DNA of 64,000 nucleotides, from positions 11,869,123 to 11,933,122 of the forward strand of contig NC_092380.1 of assembly GCF_030028105.1 (NCBI RefSeq). Direction: 5' to 3'. Under the pieces are notes generated by a model. That model was not told the origin of the DNA and searched no databases. It saw only the letters and a list, made by a program, of their open reading frames with translations. The first letter of the stretch is position 1, and each line of letters opens with the position of its first letter. Source of the stretch: Mobula birostris (lineage: Eukaryota). Positions 25,339-37,169 of this stretch are shown in pieces. A program made the position numbers and the translations under genes.

Positions 25339-26602
25339 TACTGGGCTCAGAGTCTGCTCTCAGTGCTCCCTTGATCTTGAACCTCCTTGACAATAGCCAG
25401 ACTGCAGAAAGCAGGTACACTCGTCCTGTTGATCTCAGTACAGCTCCGTGCGTAAACCACCACCTGCAACTCTGTTCTAAGTGAAAGTCTCTTCAAAAGT
25501 AGTATCTGACAGTAATTGCAACTGAGAGTCTCACCGCGGGCTAGTGCCGTTCTATTGACGAAGTTGGAATCCTCATCTCCATTTTGAGGCATCAGCCTTC
25601 TTTCATAAAAGGTGGGCAAACAGCACCTTCAAAAAGGTCAGCAGAGTAATGAGCAACATGAAAACGCTGCTTCCTGATTTAGGTCGAAGTTACCCATTGG
25701 ACACTTGTTTTCGGAAAGCATCTGTTTCATAACTTACATTTTATCCATTAGTATTGGGTGTGAAGCACAAGAGAAAGGGAAGACGGCATAGCACCATATA
25801 CCCCGGAGAGACCGGTCTTCAAGCATTCACTGGTTTACCCTGAAACTACAAAATTGTGAAGCCAACAGAAGAACAGCTGACAGCACAAATAATTTGCCAG
25901 AGATTTACTAGTGTGGAATTAATGATATCCACAGTTAGATACCCTGCTCAGATGATGTGAACAGAGTTGCTTTGTATGTATTTAAATCAGAGAATAATTA
26001 GACATAAAGTATTGAGTTTATAAAGAATGAAAAACAACAGTCATCAAAATTGTACACAAATGAACTAATCAGAGCATGATTTCCTTAAAACCGACAAGTT
26101 AGCTCCTCAGTTACACATTAAAATTGGCAGGTCAGGTTCAGCACAGTTCAATGCTGATCAAATCACTTCATACCCTGCCTGAGCAACGTGCCTCAACGCT
26201 ACGAGGGAGGTAGTGCTGAACCAAAGTGACAATATTCTTCGAAAGCTCAAGACTTTTGCAAGTGATGTTCACAGAGATAAGGAAACCGCTTACAAAATAT
26301 TCCCTAATATCTCCAAACTCACTAATAACTAGGTAAAAGTTGAACAAAATACACATTTCATTTACTACTGTATTCCATATGCACAATAGGGAGATACAGG
26401 CCAAAGCAGAAATGAACAGAGCAGGGTGCATTTCCAATAAAGGAAATTAAACATGGGAATAACAAGGTATGTAAAGCAAAATATCCATTCATTCTAAAAC
26501 CACACCATTTTATAATCAAAAGCCTTCAATGGAAGCAAGTACAAGATAATTCTAGTTAACAAAATTTCCTTAACACGGAAACAACTTCTCCTCATCCCTC
26601 AC

Positions 26603-26799
26603 CTTCACAGCATCAAAGAACTGGCAAAGTTGGGATCGCTTCTGTTCATATTCAGTCTCAAGTTTCCGCAGCTCCTTATAAAAATCAGTATTTTCCTTCT
26701 CATACAGACGCAGGATTCGCTCAAATGTCTCTCGGAGTTTCTTCCGCTTATCTTTCAATACCTTCTCATTAAGCTGGGGCTGTTGAACAGGATTGAACT
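26603..26799 (-). CDS. WBP11: WBP11 coding exon 4
   Basis: EFNPVQQPQLNEKVLKDKRKKLRETFERILRLYEKEN...FDAVK; 197 nt. Confidence 0.98.
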
Positions 26800-27293
26800 C
26801 TGCAGAACATTTGTGAAAAAGTCAGTGATCTCAATCCAGCATTGTGCACTTTGATGTACTAAACACTGAAGTTGCACATTAAATATCATCAAAAACCTGG
26901 TGCAAACACTTGAAAATATGCCAAACCCCAACACAATGTGCTGTGTGAAATCAGGTGAGTGGGGACAGAAGAGACTCAATATGGCTAAGTACAGTAAGTT
27001 AACTATTTATTTTCAAATCAAGACATTCAGTAAACCCTACATGTATCCTCAACTACTTAGTCTACAGCAACCCAGAGAGTGAAAAAGAGGTCACGTGGTT
27101 ACCACGCGCTAGATTTAAACTCTACTGGCACGGTGAAATGGCAAGTACTGGGAAGAGCTACAACTTTCCTTGCATAGGCCAATCCCCACCCCCCACAGGG
27201 TAGTGGCTTTCAATGAGCAGGTGGGGTAGACACTTTCCGAAACACTTTGTAGTATCTCAAGCTCGTAGTTTCTGCTATTCATTCTGAATATAG

Positions 27294-27345
27294 TACTGTG
27301 CAAAAGTCTTAGGCAAACATATATAGTTAAGACCTTTGCACAGTA
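27294..27345. mobile_element. Tiny TIR-only MITE relic
   Basis: tactgtgcaaaagtctta ... taagacctttgcacagta inverted repeats with TA ends. Confidence 0.55.
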
Positions 27346-28022
27346 TTGTATTTGTCAATGTGGTGCAGACAGCAAGTTTGTAAATCTGGCAGGAGCAAAG
27401 GATGTTGGGAAAGACGAGGGTGGAGCACCACCCAAGGGGTGTGAGACAGGTGGCAGAGGAATGCCAGGGGAAGGGGGCGACACAGATGCCGACATATCCA
27501 GCCCCGAGTCACCAGGCAAGGTCATTTGATTCCAAACTATAGGTTTATTGATGATTACACAATGTCTCTCTAGTGCTTCCCACTCCCTTCCCTTTTCTGA
27601 ACTGATTGCCCTTTCCCTGCCCCCTTCCCATTCTCGTCCACAATAGAGCTCCATATTAGAATTAGGTTCATCTTCACTCACATATGTCACGAAATTTGTT
27701 GGGTTTTTTTGTGGCAGCAGTAAGGTAAATGTTAACTACACTGGGTGATCTAAAATTAATAAATAGTGGTGCATGCACAAAATAAAATAGGAATTAACTG
27801 GCATAATGGTCGCTGTAGAGATTGGAACATTGGGGTTTATGCCAAGATAACCAACCACTTGTCAATTTCATTCCAAACATGAAAGTGGACAGCAATATAA
27901 CTCAAATATAATGAAAATACTTTTTCTTAACACAAACACAGTGGCTAGCCCAATATCTTTAATGTATTCTTAAATAAGGTCATCTTGTAGTTCTTTCCTG
28001 GAACATTCTAATTGTTCTTTAC

Positions 28023-28116
28023 CCATTTCATCCAGTTTCTCCATGTCTTTGATTATTTGTTTGGGGTCCTTCATTTTGAGCACAGCTGCCCGCACCATCA
28101 TTCGTTGCTTCTTGTT
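28023..28116 (-). CDS. WBP11: WBP11 coding exon 3
   Basis: NKKQRMMVRAAVLKMKDPKQIIKDMEKLDEM; 94 nt. Confidence 0.98.
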
Positions 28117-28336
28117 CTGTTAGGCACAGACAGCACAAATCACTCAGAAATTTATTCCAACTTAAATTTAAAACCAGAATAATCTACAGATTATTAGTTA
28201 AAGAACACTGCTAGAAATGCAACTGGATTAACACAATGTGAACTCAGGTAACCATGCAGCTCAGATCATGACAACTAGTCCACAAAAAGCTGGAAGAACT
28301 CAGCAGGTCAGGCAGCATCCATGGAAATGAACAAAC

Positions 28337-28372
28337 AGTCAACGTTTCGGGCCAGGACCCTTCTTCAGGACT
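28337..28372 (-). ncRNA. Minimal hammerhead ribozyme in a Penelope pLTR remnant (about 28280-28430)
   Basis: agtc-CTGAAGA-agggtcctggccc-GAAA-cg-tt-gact. Confidence 0.7.
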
Positions 28373-29101
28373 TCAAAGAAAGGTAGAAGACGCCAGAAAA
28401 AAAAGCCGGGGGTTGGGGGAAGAAGGATAGCTGGGTGTTTTTTTTTTTGTTTTTTTTAAAATGTTACTAGTCTCAATCCCTCTCACTGCAATTTGTAATC
28501 TTTTTGCTCTCTATTCTTTCCATGCTACAATAGGTGCTGCTTCTTTGAACATTCTTCTCTTTAAGATTGACAGTTACAAAGAGAAAATTGGGACAAAATG
28601 CTTTCTCTCCATCCACTTTCAAAACCAGGAACATTGAACTTAACTGCAGACTGTAACTGCTATCCAGCTCAAATCAGCAAAAGCAGCAGAACCAAGGATT
28701 AACCTCAGGTTGTTCTGCTGGGAATGGTTCATATTCACAAGTTGGTCATAAACCCATCAAACAATCAGCGGAACAGCATATGAAGAAAAGGTGAGACTGC
28801 AATAGATTTAGAAAGCCAGACAATACTTCTATATATTTAGTCTGCAATTACGCAGAATTCATTTGAATATTTAAAATTTGAATGAATTGAAAAGAGGTTG
28901 AAAAAATACGGCAAGGCAAGAAAATTAAGCTGGAGGCAATATTACAGCAAGGCCTGGTTAGCTGATTAGTCCATGGTCTTATGCAGTTTGGTATTTAATG
29001 TAATAGTTCCTTTATCTTCCATGACACAGGTAAACCAAACAAAGGTTTATTAATTCTTAAGCCCTGCTGTGCCACATAAACAATAAAGGTAGCTGACTTA
29101 C

Positions 29102-29133
29102 CTTTTTCAATTCTCGTTTCCTGGCTTCTTTTC
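29102..29133 (-). CDS. WBP11: WBP11 coding exon 2
   Basis: (R)KEARKRELKK; 32 nt; cag/gtaag splice sites. Confidence 0.96.
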
Positions 29134-30959
29134 CTGTTTAATGAAGAAAAATTGTGGATTAGATCGGAACAGGAGAAAAGATGAAAGGAAAAGGAAAATC
29201 TTCCACATACATTTTCCATAACAAATTCGAGTCTTTCACAACCTCAAGACTTTAATCTAACATACTTTAAAATCAACAACTTTTCAAAGTATATAGCTTT
29301 TGCTGTCTTAAAGAGTCAGAATAAACAGCAGGGAAACAGACCCATAGGCACAACTTTCATACCAACCAAGATGCCCCATCCAAGCCAGTTCTATTTGCCC
29401 ATAACTTTCTAAATCTTTCAAATCCATGTACCTGTCCAAGTATATTTTAAAAGTTGTTGTTGTACCTGCCTCAACCATTTCCTCTAGAACCTCATTCCAC
29501 ATAGATGTCAGGTTTTGAGTAAAAAGCAAGTTGTCTCAAGTTCCAAAGATTCAAAGTTCGTATGCAGTATACAACCCTGAGATTCGCCTTTCCCAGACAG
29601 TCACGAAACAAAGAAAACCATGGAACATCAAACTCCACCCTACCCCCACCCCACATGCAAAAAAAAAACAAATCACGCAATTGGCAAAAAGAAAAGAGTG
29701 AAAAACACAAAGAAAACAAAAGAATGCAGGCTTATTCAGCTCAGCTCAATGTTTGTTGTCTGCAGGCAGCAGAGATTCAAAATTACCCAAAACAGTAAAA
29801 AAAAAGGAGCGACCAGAAAGACAGCATAATGTGAATTAGAATCTAATCCACAAACCACATTGATTAAACCTGCCCAAGACCCAGAACTCCGTCACCATCC
29901 TCCAACAGCATCAAGAGAGAAGGAGAGACCACTCGAACGCAGGGATTCCTTTGGAAGCGGTGCGCTAGAGGGAGAGACCATCACAAGTAGATATCTTCCT
30001 CCGGCAGCAACAAATGAGGGGTTGGTAACCTGCAGTGAACACCTGACTTTCAATCTTCCTCAACGCATTAATTGGCAAGCTCAGCCCATCAATTCTTTCC
30101 CCTCTAACCTTAAATCTGTGCCCTCCACTTGATTCTCCAATCCTGGGAAAGTTTAATGGACTGATAATAAAGTATGAATCATAGCAGTTTCTGCAGAATG
30201 AACAACCGAAACCATAAGAGTGACAATGAACAAATCATTAGAGAAATGAAAACAGAAAATGACAGGTATCCATCTGTAAATACACTGGCAGTCAGGTAGA
30301 AATGGAGTTGATGTTCTAGGTCAATGACATTTATTTGAAAATGTTTTCTAATGAAAGGTATCCGACTACAATCACAAGCCTGCCATCTTTCATTAAAATG
30401 TTGGTTCCGAACTTTGTTTATAGCAGCCCAAAAGAAAGCAACAGAGCAGGAGTACAATGGAGAATCAAAGGGACAGGAGTTCTGCAAATTTGTATTTGGT
30501 TTCCTCAATGGATAGGGAAAATTATGATGGTAGCGAATTCACAGTCTTCACCCCTCTCCAGAATTGAGGAACCAAGAATTTGAGGGCATAGGCTTCAGGT
30601 GAGGGACACGAGGGGCAACTTTTTCACCCAGAGGACGATCTGGACATGGAACAACCAGAGTAGTGGTGGGTACAATAACACAATTTAAAGTATTGAAAAG
30701 GTTTAGAAGGATGTGGGCCAATGGGATTAGCTTAGGTGGCGTCTGGCTCGATAAGGACCAGTTGGGCCAAAGGGACTGTTTCTATGCTGTTTGACACCAT
30801 GAACTTAATAGTGTATCACCTCCCAGTAATTCTAGTACTTCTGGTTTTGTTTTTAATTTTTAGCACCTGCAGTAATTTTCCTCGATTTATTTTAGTGATG
30901 TTGATTGAGGAATAAATAATGGTCAGGCCACTGGGTTTAATTACCCATACTTCCTCAGC

Positions 30960-31470
30960 CAGTGCTGCAGATGCTGGCAATTTGGCATAAAAACAGAAAA
31001 TACTGGTAAAGAATCAACTGGACAGGCAGCATCTGTGTAAACAGAAATGGTTACCGTTTCAAGGCCAAGACCCTTTAACAGAACTAAGGAGAGAAACTAG
31101 TTAGTTTTCAGGTGGAACAAAGGGAATATCTTTGATAAGGTGAGATCAAATGAGCTAATATGGCAGAGTAAGTGGTTAAAATCAAATATGTTTTTTTGTA
31201 TGGGTTATCTATTGCTAACAGTAGGGAAAATGCAGCAGGCCAGATTAAATGAATAGAGAGCGAAAAAAACACAATTACCAGCAGAAAAGACAGAAAGAAA
31301 CAGTTACATATAGTTATAGAACCCAATATTAAAACCAAAAAGCACCAAGTTGCCTTTGTGGAAGATGAGGTATTCTTCTTCAAGCCTTCAGCCTCATTGT
31401 AACATGGCAAGAGGCCTCAGACAGAGAGCGCAGAGTGAGAGCGGGATGGAGAATTAAAGTAGCAGGCAAG
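30960..31470 (-). mobile_element. Decayed Penelope fragment (GIY-YIG region plus pLTR)
   Basis: ACYFNSPSRSHSALSV*GLLPCYNEA-like remnant; degenerate hammerhead near 31050. Confidence 0.55.
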
Positions 31471-31889
31471 AGATTAAGATTCATTAATTTATCACATGTA
31501 CACCACAACCTAACGATGTGCTGGGGACAGCCCACAAGTGTTGCCACACATTCCAGCAGCAACATAGCCGGTCCACAATGTTCACAGAACAACACAAGCA
31601 ACAATAATAACAAGACAACAGCAACAGAATGACAGCAAAACAAGTTCTGTTCCTCTCTCCCACGCGCCCACGTGCAAACACACGCACACCCACACAGACG
31701 GTACCCCAACCCCAAGACGGAGCTCGTGGACGCCCTTGCAGACTGAATGCAAGTGGTCCACTGGTCAATTACCCAATCCACATTCTCTTTTTTTAACTGT
31801 ATACAGAAGACCACATCATGAACTGGATGCAGTACATCATTTTTGTTGTAAGTAAGTCACTGTTTCACTAGAAAGACAGCTCAGGCCTT

Positions 31890-32820
31890 CACAGTAAATA
31901 CCAAAAAAACACCACAGAATCAATGAAAAACCTCACACAAGATAGCCAAATGACCAATGAGCAAAAGACAACAAGCTGTACCAATGGAAAAAAATAATAA
32001 ACGAACAATAAATATCAAGAACGTGAGATGAAGAGCCCATGAAAGTGACTCCATATGTTATGGGAAGTCCAGTGTTGGGGTGAGTGACGTTGTGTGAAAT
32101 TATCCCCTCTGGTTCAAGGACCTGATGGTTGAGGGCTAATAACTGTTCCTGAACCTGGTGGTGTGGGACCTGTGGCTCCTGTATCTCCCTCTTGACGGCA
32201 GCAGCAAGAAGAGAGCATGGTCTAGATAGTGCAGCATTTGATGATGCATGCTGCCTTCCTGTGTTACCACTCTTCGTGGATGTGCTCAGTGATGGGGAGG
32301 CTTTACCCGTGATGGACTAGGCTGGATCCACTACTTTATGTCGGCTTTTCCATACAGGGGCATTGGTCTTTCCATATCAGGCCGTAATGCAAACCATCAG
32401 TATACTCTCCACTGTACATTTATAGAAGTTTGTCAAAGTTTTCGATGACATGCAAAACCTTCACAAACTTCTAGGAAAGTAGAGGCACTGCTGTGCTTTC
32501 TTTGTTATGGCTCTTACATGGTGGGCCCAGGACAGATTATCTGAAATGATAATGCTGAGGAATTTAAAAGTTGCTGATGCTCTCTACCCCTGAATCCCCG
32601 ATGAGGACTGGCTCATGGAGCTCCAGTTTCCTCCTCCTGTAGTCAATAATCAACACTTTGCTCCTGCTAACATTGAGTGGGAGGTTGTTGTTGTGGCACC
32701 GCTCAGCCAGATTTTCAAACTCCCTCCTATATGCTGATTGGTCACCAGCTTTGGTTCAGACAACGACAGAGGAGTCATCAGCAAATTTAAAACACAGCAC
32801 TGGAGCAGTGCTTAGCCTTA
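31890..32820 (-). mobile_element. Rex1/Babar LINE fragment
   Basis: Reverse strand encodes QQCLYFLRSL...TAWYG-type region. Confidence 0.7.
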
Positions 32821-33295
32821 AAGGGGTTGCAAAGGGAACAATCCCCTCAAAAGGTTGAAATGGCAAGGAAATTTGCATCTGATTGCAGAATATTGTTGGA
32901 CTTATGGAAAATTAGGAAGATGTTTTGCATTCAAAGTCCTATCCAAACAGCCAATACCTACAACGACGCAGCACCTCCTCGGCGCAATCCCTATGAGAGC
33001 CAGGCGCTCCCCTTTCATCAATAACAAGTCTCAGCCTGGATAATGTGTTCAAGTCTCTGCGTGAACCTACGAGTAGTAGGCTCCCCACTGGACAACGGAT
33101 CAGCAAAATTAGAGAGACTGGGTGCAATATATATTGTTCCAGTTTAATGCTGGAGATCTTCCTGTATAGAATGAAAACTGGTTTAATTGCAGGTGAATTT
33201 AGAACATCGATATTTTATCCGCGATACACCAGCCCAGGCCCCAACCCCGAACCCCAGCCATAGCCTCGGTTCTCCCGTCCTCTTCCCGAACTTAC

Positions 33296-33359
33296 GGGCC
33301 TGGTCGGTGGGGTTCATGAACTTCCCACTCTTGGTGGAACTGGTCGACCTCCGACCCAT
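33296..33359 (-). CDS. WBP11: WBP11 first coding exon
   Basis: MGRRSTSSTKSGKFMNPTDQA, matching the vertebrate WBP11 N-terminus as I recall it; 64 nt; gtaagt donor. Confidence 0.98.
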
Positions 33360-33560
33360 CTTTGCGACGCTCTTCTCCCCCTCCTCCGCCGCCGAAATAA
33401 AAATGAACGCGACTCAAGGACGACCCGCAAATTCAGGCGCAGCGCCCGTCCGCCATCTTCATCTTAGCAACGACCTTTCACCCGACTCGCCGCTATTTCC
33501 GCTTCCGAATGAGCTTCGTTTCTGACGCGCGGTGGGCGCTGGAGGTGTCCAGGTGAGTGT
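33360..33560. promoter_or_regulatory. CpG-rich WBP11 promoter, possibly bidirectional, with YY1 and tandem ETS/GABP motifs
   Basis: ccgccatctt (YY1) at about 33450; atttccgcttccg (two ETS sites) at about 33495-33507. Confidence 0.7.
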
Positions 33561-33989
33561 ATGCTGCAGCCCTGGAGGAAAAGGAGTTTAGCAGTGATGG
33601 CTCCTGTTAAATTGTTTCCCGAGACGGCTGTAAAGAACTTAAAAGCAAGCACCATGAACTTGCTTGGCCGGCGCCCGTCTGATCATTCCTGCAAGGTGTG
33701 TGGACAACAGCCCTCACTGCGCCGGTGGTCAAGTGAAACTTTCACATCTTGTGCCTTTAACAGCAGGAAATGCAGGGCTATTCATCCAGATCAACTACAC
33801 AATCGACTGCTCTCAAGGACAAACACACAGTGAAATAAGTATGAATTGTTGCCAGCCGACCAATGTCTCAAAGCCCCCTCTAATCTGCCCGAAGTTCAGG
33901 TCTTCCAGAGCAAGCCCTAATGTCTCTTAACGCTATTGAAGGGCATTTGAGCAGAAATGCTAAGTTTTCTTTCTATCCATGCTGCCATT

Positions 33990-34400
33990 GAATACATTTA
34001 TATGAAACACTACCACAAGGAAAAACAAGCATCCATTATCAAAGTCCCAGCATCCAAGGTCATGCCCTCTACTCACTATTACCATCGAGCAGGAGGTACA
34101 AAAGTCTCAGGTCCTACGGCATCAGGTTTAGGAACAGTTATTATCCTACAATAATCAGGGTCCTGAACCAGAGTGGATAAATTTATTCACCACTACTCTG
34201 AACTGATTCTATGACCTACTTTCAAAGACACTTTACAGCTCCTGTTTTCAATATTATTGTTTTATTTCCACAGTTTGTCTTCTTTTGCAGATTGGTTGTT
34301 TGTCATTCTTTTATCTATGGTTTTTTCATAAATTCTATTGCTTTTTCCTCTGAATGCCTGCAAGAAAATTGATCTCAAGGTCATATGTGATAACATAAAA
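33990..34400 (+). mobile_element. Rex1/Babar LINE 3' fragment
   Basis: Decayed LLPSGRRY-type region and 3' UTR. Confidence 0.6.
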
Positions 34401-34869
34401 ATATTGCTGGAATTTGCCAACATTGTTTTTTTTTCCAGAACAAGGTGTTATCCACAACCAAGTGCTACAAACTGGTCTGCTCTAGGGTGCAGGACTGTGT
34501 TCTGAGGCTGGATGCAGCAACTGTAAGGGTTTTGTGGGAAGTTTTGCAGTTTAGGGCTCTCCCACCTTTACACATGAAGCACTTGTAATATGCTAAAACC
34601 CAATCAACTGTTTACTCATGAATTTCATGTAAATGGTGCCATGCTAACATTAAGGAATGGGAATAATATAGTTTTGGGTGAAAGCGTTAACTTCCATCTT
34701 CTGTGTTCTGTACAAATAAACTTTGAATAAAATACATATTGAGATAGAAAGTATGCAACAGATAGATTTGATAGCACATTAGTGCACATGGTGTCAATCA
34801 ATATGCATATTTTTATATAAAAATAAACTTTATTCGTAATATTTAGGTTCCTCAATGTTGTCATAGCCG

Positions 34870-35390
34870 GGGGAGGTAGTGGGGATAGGCTTCCAATGGC
34901 GTGCGTCTCCAATAGCCTCTGACAACCAAGTCCAGCTCCTGGCCTTCGTGTGTGGCTTCGCTACTAAGCCTGGCCGAACCCTTTCTACTGACAGGAGAAG
35001 GGGCAAAGATGGGTTACTGGCGCCTCAATACCAGTTGCTTTGGGTAGATGGGGCTTGTCAGCTCATCTAGGAGAAGGAAAACTCTGATCTCAAACCTCCA
35101 CTGCCTCGCAGCTATCTCACTCATGCAGAAGATTTCAGGAGTAAACCCTGAGGGGAAAAAATCTAGAGCTGGTGTCCCTAAGGTAATCCCACATTGAATT
35201 CAACGCTGGCTGGCAATTCGGGTGATGCTGCTGGTGCCAGACTGTGTCGGACTCTGCCGTTGCTTTAGATTCATCGGCCTGCCGCGTGGGCAACAGCTTG
35301 CTCTTCATATCGTACTGCCCTGGCTCGAGAGTCGCATGGACAGCTGGAACACGATATCCATGGTCAAACCTGACCAACAGTGGGCCTCAG
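34870..35390 (+). mobile_element. Probable RTE-related non-autonomous element
   Basis: GC-richer block with ctaggagaaggaaaactctga motif of RTE 5' regions; boundaries uncertain. Confidence 0.4.
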
Positions 35391-35991
35391 ATTTATAATA
35401 GAAAACATTTACAGGAATAAACTGCACAATACCTTTTCATTCTTAGATTCATAGTCAATGCATTAAGAAGTTTTTTATTACGTTCCTTAAAACCAATAGG
35501 ACTGTTGCCGCTCATGTGGCTCCCTGAAGTGGTGCATTACTGTCAGTGTGCACTTGAACCATCTCTATTTACATCCACGTACAAGTTGTCTTGGGCAAAG
35601 GTGTCTCCCTCACATCCAGTCCACCTCTTCATCCTGCCCTTGACACACCTCAGATAGCCCGTCTCAGAACCGGTTCACTAACATTTTGCTAGTCCCTTCA
35701 GCTCTGTGACCTCCTCCTACAGACCGGCTCCCTTCAGTCTCTCTGAGCGCACCTACCCAATTTCCTGACCATGCTTTGGTCACCATTTCTCAAATCTCAG
35801 GCACACTCCAGTCCTTGGCTTTCAGACACACATCTGGCCCTGTTCCCCACTGCACTCTGTCACCCTGAACCCAGCCACAAACCTGGACCTATCTCCAAAC
35901 AGGCTTCAGTCCAAAACCTCTCAGCTGCATAATTGGCCTAGTTTTCTGAGGTGTTCTATCCATAGATCTGAGGCTGGCAAAGGCTCGGAAT

Positions 35992-37010
35992 CAGTGGTTC
36001 CCAAAGCAGACGATGTCAACCTCCAGTAGGCAGTAGACAGTTCCAAGGATAAAGATAAAGGGGGGCAACTAAGGGATTACAGAAATTAATTACTTATAAG
36101 CATTTGATCCTCAATGCCTCATAATTGATTACAATGATCATCTCATCTCCTGTTAACCCACCATTCCCTTAGACTTTACTCAAAGCATATTATAGATATT
36201 GAAAAGCAATATGACGCTTCAGTATTTGCCATATCTGGACTGAAGACATCGAGTTATTTCCAGCCCCAACCTTTGCATTATTGCTTTTCACCACAATAGT
36301 ACAGAGTTAGTTTGTACAATCCCCATACTCTAATCACTCAGTGATGCAATTCCTGTGTATTAGGATATGTCATTCAATGGGGTAAAGTTCAGTACCTGCC
36401 CTTTTGAATGGTCTTGACATCATTTCTCTATCCCAAGGTCCAACCGAGATATTGCTGCCCCACGTTATATACCTTCAGGCAGAGTCAGATTTTGCTTAAG
36501 CCATAACTTTCCCCTTTATTGATTGTAGTCCTTGAGGTTGGACTTTTAGCAATTGACGATGGCCATTAATCCATAATGAAAATGGCAGAAGCAGAGATGA
36601 AAAAGAAGTGTCGACAGTATAGTGTGGGTATATGAAAAATGGATTTATGCCAGCACTAAACAACCAACAGTAATGTGTCTGTTGTGGGAATACAAAATTC
36701 GATCTGCAGTTGGATGAATCAACTTTACCAGACAACAAATCTTTGCTTCTTGGTTATATTTCCTTCATAAAAGGTGAAAGCATGGTTCAAAGGTTATTAG
36801 TTGCAGGGGGACTAGAAACAGATACAAAAGGGTGAGTCAATATTTTGGTTTGATGAGCCATTTTTCAAAGAGAAGGACATTGCACTCACCAACATTCTTG
36901 ATAGTATAACAGATGGGAAACATCAATGACAGGAAGCCAACGCGGGGTTATACCTTCTTGAAAAAAGCTGTACCTAACATATCTACCATTCAGTGTTGTG
37001 TCGCAAAAAA
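35992..37010 (+). mobile_element. hAT (Charlie/Buster-type) DNA transposon fossil
   Basis: TIR cagtggttcccaa at 35992; broken transposase MAEAEMKKKCRQYS..., LQLDESTLPDNKSLLLGYI..., ETDTKGESIF. Confidence 0.75.
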
Positions 37011-37169
37011 ACCTAAATGATTAGCTGCATTAAGTTATCTCAGCACTAAATAAGATCCAAGTTCCATCCTCTCAATCCTCAACTATTTCAAGAGCTTTGT
37101 ACTGAGAACGATGAACAGGTTTAATGCTTGGTGTTGGACACAGATGGCTCTGAAAAAGGAAACTACCTG

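Noticed and set aside
25940-26050. C/D-box-like motifs in WBP11 intron 4
   Set aside because: No convincing terminal stem or guide element found by eye
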